In this document: in pieces, positions 28,862 to 43,690 of the stretch | Position numbering within the stretch: position 1 is the stretch's first letter | Layout of the letters: each line of letters opens with the position of its first letter | Source of the DNA: Phoronis australis | Lineage: Eukaryota; Animalia; Phoronida | Reading direction: 5' to 3' | NCBI GenBank assembly: GCA_002633005.1 | Contig: NMRA01000399.1 | Span: 215,570-279,569, forward strand | Length of the DNA: 64,000 nt | Made by a program: the position numbers and the translations under genes | Notes under the pieces: generated by a model | Seen by the model: only the letters and a program-made list of their open reading frames with translations | What the model was told of the DNA's origin: nothing | The model's database searches: none

Positions 28862-29565
28862 TCAGATAAAGTTCTGCAGTCTGCTCACCCTAATGTCTGG
28901 ATCAGTTGTCGCGGTCAGTTCTTGACTCAGAGGTCTCTTGGACTTGCCTTGGACACTAAATTCATCGTCAGTCGACTGAAATTTTGGCCTACGTAGTTTT
29001 AAGGATCCATAACGAGTGTTAGTTTTGTACCTATTGGTTAAATTCTGAAGCACGCGGTCAGACAAGTCCGGTTTTAGAGTCTGAATGTTATGCAAGGCGT
29101 CGTCTGCATTGTTGAAATTGGCAGCCATCGTTGCAACATCCTTCACTGTGGCTATAGTTGAACACTCTGCACCAAAACCAACTACCAACTGGTCCACCAC
29201 CCGCTCACTGCCCAACATTTCGTGTATGATTCGCCAGTTCGGCAGTACCTTGACCGGTTTCTGATTCGTCGCTTCGTCCAGGCATTCCACGCGACATCCT
29301 TTTGTTTCGATATTTTTGATAATATTTGATTTTTCATATTTTGATTCTGCTGTTGTTGTTGTTGCTGTATTGCATGCTTTCTTACTATCATTGGTGTTTG
29401 TGGCGTAACCATTAGTAATCGCGTTTTTCTGACCGTCTGTTGTAATGCTGATGCGAAGCTGAATCACGTGAGTCCATGCATGCATGAGTTCCGGAGTAGA
29501 CGCTCTCAGTGTCAGTGTGCCGTGTCGATGTTCGTCATTTATGTACGTCAGGCGAAGCTCCGTAG
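28862..29565 (-). CDS. Exon 18, PH C-terminal helix (LTLRASTPELMHAWTHVI) plus ~200-aa tail to TGA
   Basis: gcacag| acceptor in phase 1; continuous with track ORF 28862..29485. Confidence 0.85.
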
Positions 29566-32500
29566 CTGTGCAGAAAACAGAGAAAACATTGGTGGATCAC
29601 GTACCTCTCACAGTGTTGGTAACAAAAGTCAGGTCAGCATGGCGGAAAACATAACAGAAGGTTACAGTTAACTTCCCACAATTAATGGTCAAAATTGTAA
29701 TTTTTCATTTTTCAAATCCTCACAGTATTGCCAAAATGTTCAAAATTTCAATAATTGCTAGTTGATGACAGACATGGTACATTTAATAAAATTTTCAAAC
29801 AATCGTGTACAATTGTCTTCTTGTTTTCTTTTGGACAAAATTTTGATAAAATACAACTTCACTGTTGCACAATCTTGTGTTCTAATTTGAGAAACATTTG
29901 GTACTTTATGAACACCACGCATCACACAACACAGGACACATCAAAATAATCAGCCCAAATACGTACACATATAATGCTTGGCTAAAAAATCTTGAAAAAG
30001 TATTTTAGTAATTTTCATACAATTTTTGCAAACAGTTGACCTGAGACTAACGACAGAAAAAACAACTGGCAGCAAATACACAAAAATCAGTCAATTTCTC
30101 ACCATTATGCCGGTGACTGTCCACTTTCGTGACTGACCGTAGGTCAACTGGGCTGTCCACAACAGTGAGGAAGCCATCTGGTTCCTGCCGACAAAGGACC
30201 AGCAAGTCACTGAAGAGTAACCCCTTCACCTGGTGGTGACCCAAAGAGTCACATTTCGTTATCTCCCCTGTATAAATGAGATGGCGGCCACTCATGTGCA
30301 ACTGAAATACCTATGGAAAACCAAGAATTTAAGGATGTAATAAACCTTTCATTGTTATTACAGTCAATAAACCTATGTTTTCTCTGGTGGTTAATTCATC
30401 CTAAACTGCAAAAAGGTTTTCCTGAAGCGGCTAATCCATGGTCGTCATGGCGGTAACGGACTACGTCAGCACTAGAGTACACCTAGCAATGAGGTGTATG
30501 TTATGGGCCTCAATTGGGGCTGCCTACCATAGATGCAAGAATCTCACAAAAATGCAACATCACGCACATCTTCACATGATATTGGTAATTGCTATACAAC
30601 ATCACCCACATCTTCACATGATATTGATAATTGCTATGCAATATCACGCACATCTTCACATGATATTGATAATTGCTATGCAATATCACGCACATCTTCA
30701 CATGATATTGATAATTGCTATACAACATCACCCACATCTTCACATGATATTGATAATTGCTATGCAATATCACACACATCTTCACATGATATTGATAATT
30801 GCTATGCAATATCACCCACATCTTCACATGATATTGATAATTGCAATGCAATATCACCCACGTCTTCACATGATATTGATAATTGCTATGCAATATCACG
30901 CACATCTTCACATGATATTGGTAATTACAATCAGTACATGTGAAGCACATCACCACACTAGCTGTTCTTTCAAGTGTTCTCAGTCTACAGAGCTCAGCCC
31001 AGGTTGACCACTTACAAGTGTTCTCAGTCTACAGAGCTCAGCCCAGGTTGACCACTTACAAGTGTTCTCAGTCTACAGAGCTCAGCCCAGGTTGACCACT
31101 TACAAGTGTTCTCAGTCTACAGAGCTCAGCCCAGGTTGACCACTTACAAGCATGTAGACCGTATGAGTAACAGATGGCAAATTGGGTCCCAATTTTTCTT
31201 GGTGCCAAAACTCACAAGAGGCAAAAGGTACAAAAGCGGTGCAAAATTTACAGTGAACACAATGTATAACGCTCATCAATTGAGCACCACCAACCAATTT
31301 TTAATGAATTTCTAATTAACATCCACAACTTTTAATGCTGAAGCTCTTTTGAATGTATTACAAGTTAAACTTTACAAACTAGTCAATCCTGGGATAGAAA
31401 AATGACGAATCTCCCAGACTGTCAAGGATGGTTCACAATCATTGCCAGTTTCAGTGGGACTAAGGGTTGGGACTTGCTGCTAGTTTGCACCTTTGCAGTT
31501 ATAAAAGTAACAATGCTAAACCACTAAGATACACTTCCTTATGGATGCCATCATCTCAATTCAAACTATTCATATGATTTACTGGTTTATAAAAACATCA
31601 ACATTCTTGTTTACTGTCTCGGATATGGAACTCAAATAAGTTAATTTTATAGTTACACTCGTGAAAATGGCGATAAGTGTGAACTGTGCTTTATATCAAC
31701 TGAAAGTTTCAGTTTCTACAAACACTCACCGGAACATTCGTGTCGAATAACAGTTGTCTCTGTATGTCCAATACTTCTTCATCTACTGTACTAACCACAG
31801 ACACACCGGACTGGACAGAGGTCAGTGATTTAGTGGACAGCTGCGGAGGACGATCGGCCTTTTGCTGCAGTTGTTGTGCAGAATCAGGGGAAGGTAGGGG
31901 GGCTGGAGGAGACAGCAGGGGGTCCCAGGAGGGCTTCTGCTCTCGCTCGACGATGGTTTCACAACATGACGTTAGACCTGGAGAGAGCGAATAACACTGT
32001 TATCAAAAGAGTAACAATAAATTGTTATTCTGCTTAGAAAAAATATTTTAAAATCAGAGGCCAATTGCACATTTTTGCAATGAAATAGTTGGTGATGAAG
32101 ACAGTGGTGTTTACATTTAAAGACATGTTTCACTAGGCAAAAATGGTCCTCTCATTACTATTTATTTCTTCATTTTATAAATTTCCCTTTTTCTTATAAA
32201 AAGCAGTGTCCAAAATGAAGCAATTATATTAAATAAAGGAATACTTTAGAAAGCCAAGCAGTTTACAGTAATAATTGATCAAAACAAGTTGACCTTTGAC
32301 AGAATATTGATTTTCAATCAAACTCAATGCTATAGGGCTCACAAGTCTAACAAGGTTCAAACAGATTTTTGACATTGTAAAAATTCTTTTTACCAATATT
32401 AAACTACTTTCCAAGGAACATTGTGGATGTGTTGACAAAGCCACCATCCATATGAAAATGAACGAAATCTGTAGAAAAAGTTCCCATTTGAGAGCTACTT

Positions 32501-35500
32501 ATGCCCTCTGTTGAGTATCTTGAAAACAAAATGGTTGTCTGGTGCACCTGTACTCTGACCCCTTTATCATTAGTGAACAAATAGCAGGGAAAGTTTTGAA
32601 ATCAAAACATTATCATGAACGTGTGAGCTACAACCAGGGTAAATATCAAGATAAATTATTCTTCATTGTATAATCACTCCAGTCCACCTACAGTCCAACA
32701 CCATCTCCATCTGTTGGCTGTGTCTAACCTCACTCGGGTCCAGCGAGGTTAGCCGGTGTGCCAGCTCCATCACATGATGTTTGGGCCTCTCTATGAAGTC
32801 CACTATGTCCAGCTGTCCAGAGTCAGTTGACTGTTCCTAAAGGGCAAATGGCGACAGATAATTAGTCAGTTATTTCACACAAAGCCAATTGCTAAAATTG
32901 TTGTTTTATATTTTTTCTAAAACTGCCTACATCTGTTTTAATCAAATTTTCATCATAACTCGTTTTTTGACAACTGCACATTTAAAAGCCTGGGTTCAAG
33001 GCAGTCCCTGCACTAGGGGTCTTGGGTTCAAGGCCACAATCGCTACACTAGGCGTTCAGGGTTCAAGGCACAGTCACTGCACTAGGGGTCCTGGGTTGAA
33101 GCCCACAGTCGCTGCAGCAATCTCTTCAGACTTGTAATTAGCAGGTTAAGCGATGTGACCACACATGACTCAGTAGGATATCTACTCTATGTGTGCAACA
33201 TGTTGCTTTGGAAGTGTAAATCTATGTGCAGAGAAAGTCACTTTGACACCAGAATACATTTATATTGACTCAGTGGGATATCTACTCTATATATGTAACA
33301 TGTTGTTTTGGAAGTGTAAGTCCACCTGTAGAGAAAGCCATTTTGACACCAGAACATATTTATATTGGTTTTAATATGATAGTGTCAGTAATGCCTGCCA
33401 CGGACACTGGCCTCTTACCTTGATAAAACTGATGAATTCTGGGTATTGCTGTAGTACCATGAGGAGATGACGGGCGGCGCTGAGACCAATGCAGTAGTCT
33501 TTGTAAGCATTGCAAAGGAGCTGGACCTGTAAGTTGGAACAGCACTGTGATAACTATGACAGAGAAACCAATAGGACAGAGACACCAATAGGACAGAGAC
33601 ACCAATAGGACAGAGAAACCAATAGGACAGAAACTGACTAACACGCCAGTCACTATTATCACGAGTTTGCAAAATGAAAAGCAATTTTCAACTTATTTCA
33701 CACAAAAATAACCGCTAAAATTGTCCAAAAACTGCTTGCCTTGCAGTGAATCTTTACCACACACATACAGTACATACCATGATGGTTATAGACTAATATG
33801 TTTACAATCTTTACTACTTTGTCGAAAAGTTTATTACTTTAATAATAAATTTCACTTGTCTGCCATACTGTACCGTAAATAGGTGACAAATTACTGTAGG
33901 TTATAAGGAGGGGAGACAACTACTAACTGTGCAATAGTATGCCAGAGATATCACGGATCAAGAGCACAAAAACTTACTCAGGACATGACTCGAAAATTCT
34001 CCAATCACAAAACATAAGAAAAAAGATCTCTATCACGCTCACAGACTTAAAAAAAATAAAATGTCCGTCCACATCAATTTTAGCCAAGGTCTTGTGTTTT
34101 TTGTTGAAAAGCTGAATATTAAAGTTTGAAATGTCATAATTTTCCAAGCAATATGTAAAAACCAAAAATACCTCAGGTGGATTTTTTTTCGAAAAAGAGA
34201 GCAAGTAAAAAACTGCACCAATTAGACTTTCAAGACCCAGAGACCAGAACCAATTATGCTCGTTTGGCTAAACATGATATTTGATCATTGACATGATGAA
34301 TGCCAGTGCTGCCAGACTTGACAAGTTTTGAGTCAAGTCTAAAATTCTAGACAAAATTTAAAAGCAGATATTGGTTCATACTTTGGGCAGAAAACGTAAA
34401 GTGAATAAGTTCAGTCAGCCTGCAATCGTTGACAGTCAAAAATAAAAATCTGAGCCTGTGTCATAATTTAACACCACCCTATAAAAGCAGGAACTAAGCA
34501 GTATTCTAAACATAATCCTACACCAACCAAGCTGCAGTTGTATTATGTCACAGACAATTTTGCAAATATACTGAGAAAACAAAAACATCTGCAAATGGAT
34601 GACCTTTGAACTTATGACATCAGCACCATGTCACCATACTCATTCAACATGACTTTGTGATTTCTGGCAAATCTTTTTGATCACAAAACTCATTTTTTAA
34701 AACATTTACCAACCTGCATGCCATTGTTTATTTACATCATCGCAATATGTTGCATGTATTTCTAACATCCTTAGCCTAATAATGTAAGATAGGGATGATT
34801 AACATGCAGATTCAACTTTAAGAAAAATTGCGTGTTTTTACCAATCTCACGCTCTGTAATTATGTAGTACATTATGTCAAATTCTAGGACTGGAAGCACA
34901 ACAATATTCTACCGACGACTAGACAAAATAGATGTCATATTTTTAGTTTACCTTTGGCAGGTATATTTCCATGACAATGTTATAGTCCTGCACCTGAGAT
35001 GGGTTCAACTCAGACAGCTGTTTGTGATGACACTCTGATATGGCCACAAGCTACAAGAGAAATGTGAATGCTTGAAAACACGTTTGCTGACATGCATCTT
35101 TTTAAACCATTAAAATGATTAGTTACTGGCTGGGATAAAACTAGAATTAATCTAGTAAAAAATTGTTGAACAAAATGGGCTCAGTAATCGTCAATTGTGA
35201 GGCCCTCGGTTTAAGCATTAACATTCACATATTAAATACTACAGACAACTCCGTGGAAACCATAGCTGTTCCCACAATTCAACATTCATAGTCAACGCTT
35301 TCTGAGGCGGACATGTTGGAAGTGTTGCAATGTTGACTGCTCACAGTAAAATTTCCCCATTCAGGGACAGTGATAGTTTAAATATTTTGCTTAAGGTCAG
35401 AGCTAGTTCTGAATTTTAGAAATAGACAGTAATGGCCACCTCAAATTCAAGAATCATCGTAAACAACAAAATTAACAGCACTCTGTAGATTGAAAACATC

Positions 35501-38500
35501 ATTTGAAATTTGAGAAATATGGTGAGTGCCAAACTTGCCTGTGTCCCAAATCTTAGACACTGTCCCAAGTTGGAGAAATATCACCAAATGACAGAAACAC
35601 GGGTGAGATGATATGTTACAACCTTAATAATCACAAGACCCTCAAGTCTTATTAAACAGCATACAAACTTGGAATGCTAACAAATGGCACAGCATGTCCA
35701 GAGACACATAGCACAGATGCAAAACACTACAAAGTTACTTGCAGTGAGAAGTCTTCACTTGTGAATCCTAGCTGATAATTTAACATTCCAAACTCACCAA
35801 CCAATCACTACAGAGGCTGCAGTTTTGCTAGAGTATGCTAGCAAGTTCTGGAATGTACTCAAGAAACAATCACCTATCACTGGCTTGAATTTGGTCAGTC
35901 TTGTTTTATTTTGCTTTTTAGTGAGTGTCTCGTATACAGGATGTACGTCGATAGCATTTATAGCAAATTGCTGTAGGTAGTAACAACAAATTGCTGTAGG
36001 TAGTAACAGCAAATTGCTGTAGGTAGTAACAGCAAATAGCTGTAGGTAGTAACAGCAAATAGCTGTAGGTAGTAACAGCAAATTGCTGTAGGCAGTAACA
36101 GCAAATTGCTGTAGGTAGTAACAGCAAATAGCTGTAGGTAGTAACAGCAANNNNNNNNNNNNNNNNNNNNNNNNNNNNNNNNNNNNNNNNNNNNNNNNNN
36201 NNNNNNNNNNNNNNNNNNNNNNNNNNNNNNNNNNNNNNNNNNNNNNNNNNNNNNNNNNNNNNNNNNNNNNNNNNNNNNNNNNNNNNNNNNNNNNNNNNNN
36301 NNNNNNNNNNNNNNNNNNNNNNNNNNNNNNNNNNNNNNNNNNNNNNNNNNNNNNNNNNNNNNNNNNNNNNNNNNNNNNNNNNNNNNNNNNNNNNNNNNNN
36401 NNNNNNNNNNNNNNNNNNNNNNNNNNNNNNNNNNNNNNNNNNNNNNNNNNNNNNNNNNNNNNNNNNNNNNNNNNNNNNNNNNNNNNNNNNNNNNACCAAT
36501 AGGACAGAGAAACCAATAGGACAGAAACTGACTATCACGCCAGTCACTATTATCACGAGTTTGCAAAATGAAAAGCAATTTTCAACTTATTTCACACAAA
36601 AATAACCGCTAAAATTGTCCAAAAACTGCTTGCCTTGCAGTGAATCTTTACCACACACATACAGTACAAACCATGATGGTTATAGACTAATATGTTTATA
36701 ATCTTTACTTTGTCGAAAAGTTTAACTTTAATAATAAATTTCACTTGTCTGCCATACTGTACCGTAAATAGGTGACAAATTACTGTAGGTTATAAGGAGG
36801 GGAGACAACTACTAACTGTGCAATAGTATGCCAGAGATATCACAGATCAAGAACACAAAAACTTACTCAGGACATGACTCGAAAATTCTCCAATCACATA
36901 ACATAAGAAAAAAAATCTCTATCACGACTCATTTTGACAGGTGCGCTCACAGACTTAAAAAAAATAAAATGTCCGTCCACATCAATTTTAGCCAAGGTCT
37001 TGTGTTTTTTGTTGAAAAGCTGAATATTAAAGTTTGAAATGTCATAATTTGCCAAGCAATATGTAAAAACCAAAAATACCTCAGGTGGATTTTTTTTCGA
37101 AAAAGAGAGCAAGTAAAAAACTGCACCAATTCGACTTTCAAGACCCAGAGACCAGAACCAATTATGCTCGTTTGGGTAAACATGATATTTGATCATTGAC
37201 ATGATGAATGCCAGTGCTGCAAGACTTTACAAGTTTTGAGTCAAGTCTAAAAGTCTAGACAAAATTTAAATGCAGATATTGGTTCATACTTTGGGTAGAA
37301 AACGTAAAGTGAATAAGTTCAGTCAGCCTGTAATCGTTGACAGTCAAAAATAAAAATCTGAGCCTGTGTCATAATTTAACACCACCCTATAAAAGCAGGA
37401 ACTAAGCAGTATTCTAAACATAATCCTACACCAACCAAGCTGCAGTTGTATTATGTCACAGACAATTTTGCAAATATACTGAGAAAACAAAAACATCTGC
37501 AAATGGATGACCTTTGAACTTATGACATCAGCACCATGTCACCATACTCATTCGACATGACTTTGTGATTTCTGGCAAATCTTTTTAATCACAAAACTCA
37601 TTTTTTAAAACATTTACCAACCTGCATGCCATTGTTTATTTACATCATCGCAATATGTTGCATGTATTTCTAACATCCTTAGCCTAATAATGTAAGACAG
37701 GGATGATTAACATGCAGATTCAACTTTAAGAAAAATTGCGTGTTTTTACAAATCTCACGTTCTGTAATTATGTAGTACATTATGTCAAATTCTAGGACTG
37801 GAAGCACAATATTCTACCGACGACTAGACAAAATAGATGTCATATTTTTAGTTTACCTTTGGCAGGTATATTTCCATGACAATGTTATAGTCCTGCACCT
37901 GAGATGGGTTCAACTCAGATAGCTGTTTGTGATGACACTCTGATATGGCCACAAGCTACAAGAGAAATGTGAATGCTTGAAAACACGTTTGCTGACATGC
38001 ATCTTTTTAAACCATTAAAATATTTTGTTACTGGCTGGGATAAAAATAGAATTAATCTAGTTAAAAATTGTTGAACAAAATGGGCTCAGTAATTCTCAAT
38101 TGTGAATCCTAGCTGATAATTTAACATTCCAAACTCACCAACCAATCACTACTGAGGCTGCAATTTTGCTAGAGTATGCTAGCAAGTTCTGGAATGTACT
38201 CAACAAACAATCACCTATCACTGGCTTGAATTTGGTCAGTCTCGTTTTATTTTGCTTTTTAGTGAGTGTCTTGTATTTACAGGATACACGTCGATAGCAT
38301 TTATAGCAAATTGCTGTAGGTAGTAACAGCAACCAGTGACAAAAGTGAAGGTACCTTCTCTACATTTTGGAACAACGTGGTGTACTCATGAGGGGAGATG
38401 ATATGGTGACGCAGTGGTCTTGAAAATCTCTGTATACCACACTGCATGGTGTTGATGTAGTCTTGTTCGCAGTTCATAATGAACGAGTGAAAAGCAGACG

Positions 38501-41500
38501 GATGGACCTGATGGGACATAATTACACACTTCTTTCAACAGTTTCTTGAAAATCACTATTTCTTATTACATAATCAACTATGATACGCTAAATGCAGAAT
38601 GCTAAAACATCAACAACCATGAGAACTTTAAGTCAAGTGCAAAGTTAAAACCAGGAAAACAATACTTGACACACAAACCGTGGTGAACTATTTTTGACAT
38701 GTATACTGAACAAATAGGAAACACAAACAGGACATGATACCTTATTGTAATGGACCTGGTATTCATCATTCTTCACTTTTACACCAGAGGGAGCTACCTG
38801 CCAATCAGGCACCACAACACCAACACTCATCTTTTCTTCATGTTTCACACATTTCCTCCCAGAACCCATCGTTCCCTCCGAACTGTTGGAGCGTTTCGAC
38901 AATTTCTCCCACGACGCACTGTTTCTTCCGTCAACTTTTTGACAAGATTCTATTGCAACTGCTGGCTCTGGATCAGCTTTATCTACACCAAACTTAAAAC
39001 CTTTGGTAGTTGTCATGGCGCCATGCTTAACCAGTTTCCGTGGCGACTCCTGCAGCTTGACCACTTCAGACGGTCGCTGAACATCAATTTTGACGCAACC
39101 CTTCGAATGTCTGCAGATAAAATGTAATGTTTGATGTATGCATGCAGTAACACAAGCCCTCTCTNTCCCTCCCCCCCCCCCTCCTTTCTCTGGCCTTTTT
39201 AAACATTGAGTAACCAGACAGTCAGTTGTAGACAGGTATGGTTTTTTTTCCCTCTGTAGTCTGGGTGTGTCTGGGGTTAAGGTCAGGGGTTAAGGTCAGG
39301 ATTATGTCAAAAGTTATTAAGGTTATGTAAGACCTTAAAAATGTCCAAATTTGGCAAACTTTGGAATAGCATTTCTCAGAAATGGCTGAGGAATTGTTTC
39401 TGCAATGTTTCACTTATTATGTATCGGGAGCAATCAAAATATAAGATTTGTTTTCAGGAGAAAAAACTAAGTTGCATGAAGCAAAAAAATGCAAGAGATC
39501 ATGTTGTTGATAGCGTTGTTTTGCCACCAGTGCACCACTTTTTGCTAAAATTTATCAAAAAGATGTGATCAGGGGACCCAAATTATGGTAGATTGATAAA
39601 GAGTAGACAACCAAATTCTAGGCTTTCCACTCAGAGTCAAAATCTACAGTTTTGGTGATATTTGGTCATACTTGACCTGAAGTGATATTTGGTCATACTT
39701 GACCTCAAGTGATATTACAAGTGTGCAGCACAATGCCTTACAAACACATCACCAGCTGTCCTTATTTAAACTTCACAAAATAGATTTTGTAAATAAATTT
39801 GCCATGATTTTCATATAGTGCTCATTTAAGGGAGTTTCAACTCGTCACAGTACATGGCAAGCACTGTGTGACTAGTCGCAGTACATGGCAAGCACTGTGT
39901 GACTAGTCGCAGTACATGGCAAGCACTGTGTGACTAGTCGCAGTACATGGCAAGCACTGTGTGACTAGTCGCAGTACATGGCAAGCACTGTGTGACTAGT
40001 CGCAGTACATGGCAAGCACTGTGTGACTGGTCGCAGTACATGGCAAGCACTGTGTGACTGGTCGCAGTACATGGCAAGCACTGTGTGACTAGTCGCAGTA
40101 CATGGCAAGCACTGTGTGACTAGTCGCAGTACATGGCAAGCACTGTGTGACTGGTCGCAGTACATGGCAAGCACTGTGTGACTAGTCGCAGTACATGGCA
40201 AGCACTGTGTGACTAGTCGCAGTACATGGCAAGCACTGTGTGACTAGTCGCAGTACATGGCAAGCACTGTGTGACTGGTCGCAGTACATGGCAAGCACTG
40301 TGTGACTAGTCGCAGTACATGGCAAGCACTGTGTGACTGGTCGCAGTACATGGCAAGCACTGTGTGACTGGTCGCAGTACATGGCAAGCACTGTGTGACT
40401 AGTCGCAGTACATGGCAAGCACTGTGTGACTACTAGTCGCAGTACATGGCAAGCACTGTGTGCCATCGTAGTCATACATGGCAAGCACTGTATGCCATCA
40501 TAGTCATACATGGCAAGCACTGTGTGCCAACTAGTCGCAGTACATGGCAAGCACTGTGTGCCAACTAGTCGCAGTACATGGCAAGCACTGTGCGACTAGT
40601 CACAGTACATGGCAAGCACTGTGTGCCATCGTAGTCATGGACGCACATCCTACCTGAGAATTCTAATGACACTGTCACCGGTGGAGCGCGACACGTTGTG
40701 GTCGTTCACACGGACAATGAAGTCGCCTTCCTTTAATCCCGCAGCAGAAGCTGGCGACCCTGTAAGAAGAATGTGGCTATATTCAGTCAACTTACAAGTC
40801 ACACCAAGCAAGGATTCCACACACATTGCCTACAACTCTTAAAGGGGCATTTACTTTCTACTTGTATCGTCAATGTGGAAATATTGAAATAGGCCAACTA
40901 AATGAAGGAAATAAGAATCCGAATTTTCCTTGGAGAATGTCAAATGTCATCCAGCTCGACGCGGTATCAAGAGATCGACAGCATATAGCATGAAAGGTTC
41001 AAATTTGTCATGGCAGTCCAACCCTGTTAATGTGATGGCTTTTAGTACTTGACAGCACCCTCTATCATATGTTGATTACATTATGGTATGGAAAATTTTG
41101 TGACATATCCTGAGTGAAAAACAAGTTTAAAATTAGCCCTTAAGTAGCAAAAGGAAATGCCCTTTTATTGTTTGCACACCTACCTGCCCACTGCGCTTAA
41201 ATTTGACACAACACTTTGATACATCCAGAATTAATAATTAGGTCAAGTCAAGATTGCAAACATCAAGCAGATAAATCAAGCTAAGGGAGATAAATCTTTT
41301 CGTTGAAGCAATCAACGAACTCCATATGGTCAATCAAGTATGTTATCATAGTTTAATTCATAATTCTAACAAGTCATGTCTGTTTAATGAATGACAAAGA
41401 CAATCTGATGCAACGGTAGTGAACCTTAACTAACATGCCTACTTAAGCGCCTCACCTGGGTCAACTTTTCCCACCTGACACGGACACGAACCAGCCACAG

Positions 41501-43650
41501 AGAAGCCCAGCCCATAGTCACCTTTTCTCACACTCAGCTGTAAGACAAAAGATGGCACCATACACTACGCTTAGTGAATCATTTACAAACTTCACAAATA
41601 CCAATGCCAGTTATTAACACAATAAAATCTCACTATTTCAAACAAAAATAACTACGAAAATGCATTTTTTTACTTTTCAAAGGCTTGTGAATTCCCACAA
41701 ATTTTCAAAACTTTGTTTGATGCCAACTGTGGTACACTTTAACTAGAGCATGGAAACTCTTTTAATTTAATAATAGTTAAAATTTCATGGAAAAGACGAA
41801 AAATATAATTTCCCATATTTGCCACATCTCATAACAGATTGTGAGATTTGTACATTAAAATTAGTGATAATACACATTCACAAGCCTGGGTTACCAAGCA
41901 ACCACAATGAAGGTTTATTTGGCAGAACCACAAACACTGTGGGTAAAAAACTCACACAAATGGGATCCATAAACATACACTCGCTGTTGACTTCTGGGAT
42001 ATTCTTCTTCTCTGAAACGCCAATCACAAAAACATGAAAAGCGAAACAAACATATTTTATCGCAGAAGCACATTTCTCTAAGTCCAGAACAAAAATCAAG
42101 TCTTTGTAGCTGGAGCACATAACACAACATTTTCAAAGGGCATGAGTCTGTTTCCTAGACAACTGGACTAAAAAGAATAGTTTTATTAAAGATTCCTCAA
42201 ATTTTTTTTGTTCAGATAAAATATACAGAATGATTTCTTTACTGAACAAAAAAACATGGTCACATGGTTAAAAATGACCAATTAATATTCATATGTTTGT
42301 GTGATCATCAAAGGTAGACAGTTACCAGTAAATTTCGGAAATCATAAAAGCATTTGCTGAAACTTGTCATGATCACAGGGTGTACGTTCACTTCATGTCA
42401 TGATCACAGGGTGTACATTCACTACGCTTGCTGTGCTTTAAGAATCGATAACATATATAAAACAAAACTGTAGAGTTGCTTACTTGCAGAGACTTTGGCA
42501 CAGACAACCCTCAGGTGTTTCCTGCGCCCTAGAGATTCTGTGAGCAGATGATACCAGCCAGAGACGGTCTGAAATGTTGACAAATAATGGATTAAGAAAA
42601 GTAAATAGATTTATACTGACTGAAAACACAGAAAGAAAGAAATGTAGTAGGTGATTTTGAGGAAGGATGTCCAAAAGTTCTGAATCTGAGTGTTTCTGGA
42701 TAGATAAAAATCATTCAAAAGATTTAAGATATCAGTATTGTGCAGTCATGGCAAAATAAGACAATAGTAGTTTGGTGAATACTGGTGAATTTGATATCAA
42801 AGATTTCAACTCTTGCAAAGGACATTGAGTATTAAGCAATCTTACACTAACAGGATTTGCACGCAAGTGGACAAGAAAGCGTGCACTGTTCACCAGAGTA
42901 TCCAATGAAGTCCTCGGCACATCCAAGGTTTGATGGCGCCGTCACGAACTGACACGGGCTAGTTGCTACTAAAGGGCTTGGCTGAACATGGTGGATGAAA
43001 CAATTGTGGTCGTAAACCAGCATGCCTGTTTAGCATATGAGTTTCAAAGTCAAAAAAGTAAGTCAAACGACCAACACGACTGTTTTTAAAATTGAAAAGT
43101 AAATAATAGCCGTCTTTGGATTTTTAAAATCGATGCATTATAAGAGCAAATATCAAATACGTTTTCTTCGCATCGCCACTAAACCAAAAGCAATAATTTG
43201 TGAATGGATTAGGACGGGTTAGTCACAGTGTGGGTTGGGCTCCCTCTGGTGTTGAGGTAACACAACACTAAATGTTAGCGTAGGAGTTGTGTCATGTTTT
43301 ACAAACAGAACATGTCTTTCAAAACAGGGCACATGGCCTCTTAAAGGAAAATGCAACCGTCTTAGTTCTGGTTACCTCATCAAATTAGCCCTGCTGCATA
43401 TTTACTGTCTATAACTTGAACTGACATAGATCACATTCTATAGCGAGTCAGACATTGTGTTTGATCAATGGAAGATAATGTAGAAAATAAATATAAAAAT
43501 AAAACAACAATGGATCAACTGAAATTTTCGGATATAATCACATCCTTTGTAAACAGAAAAAGAAATAAAGTAAAATCAAGCACTATGTGACAAATGCCAC
43601 ATATCAGAAAATTTCAGTTGATCCATTATTGTTGTTTTACACACACGCAC

Positions 43651-43690
<40 letters not shown>

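Larger units (their letters stand above)
33601..38332. repeat. Block duplication 33601-36150 / 36495-38332 across gap, includes exon 13
   Basis: Near-identical sequence with SNPs and small indels; gap 36151-36494 bounded by the 23-bp and 16-bp repeats. Confidence 0.92.

Noticed and set aside
39843-40640. 31-bp partly palindromic repeats as a CRISPR array (also 7467-8020, 19130-19953, 60862-61325)
   Set aside because: Units are head-to-tail with no unique spacers, no cas genes, and sit in a spliceosomal-intron context
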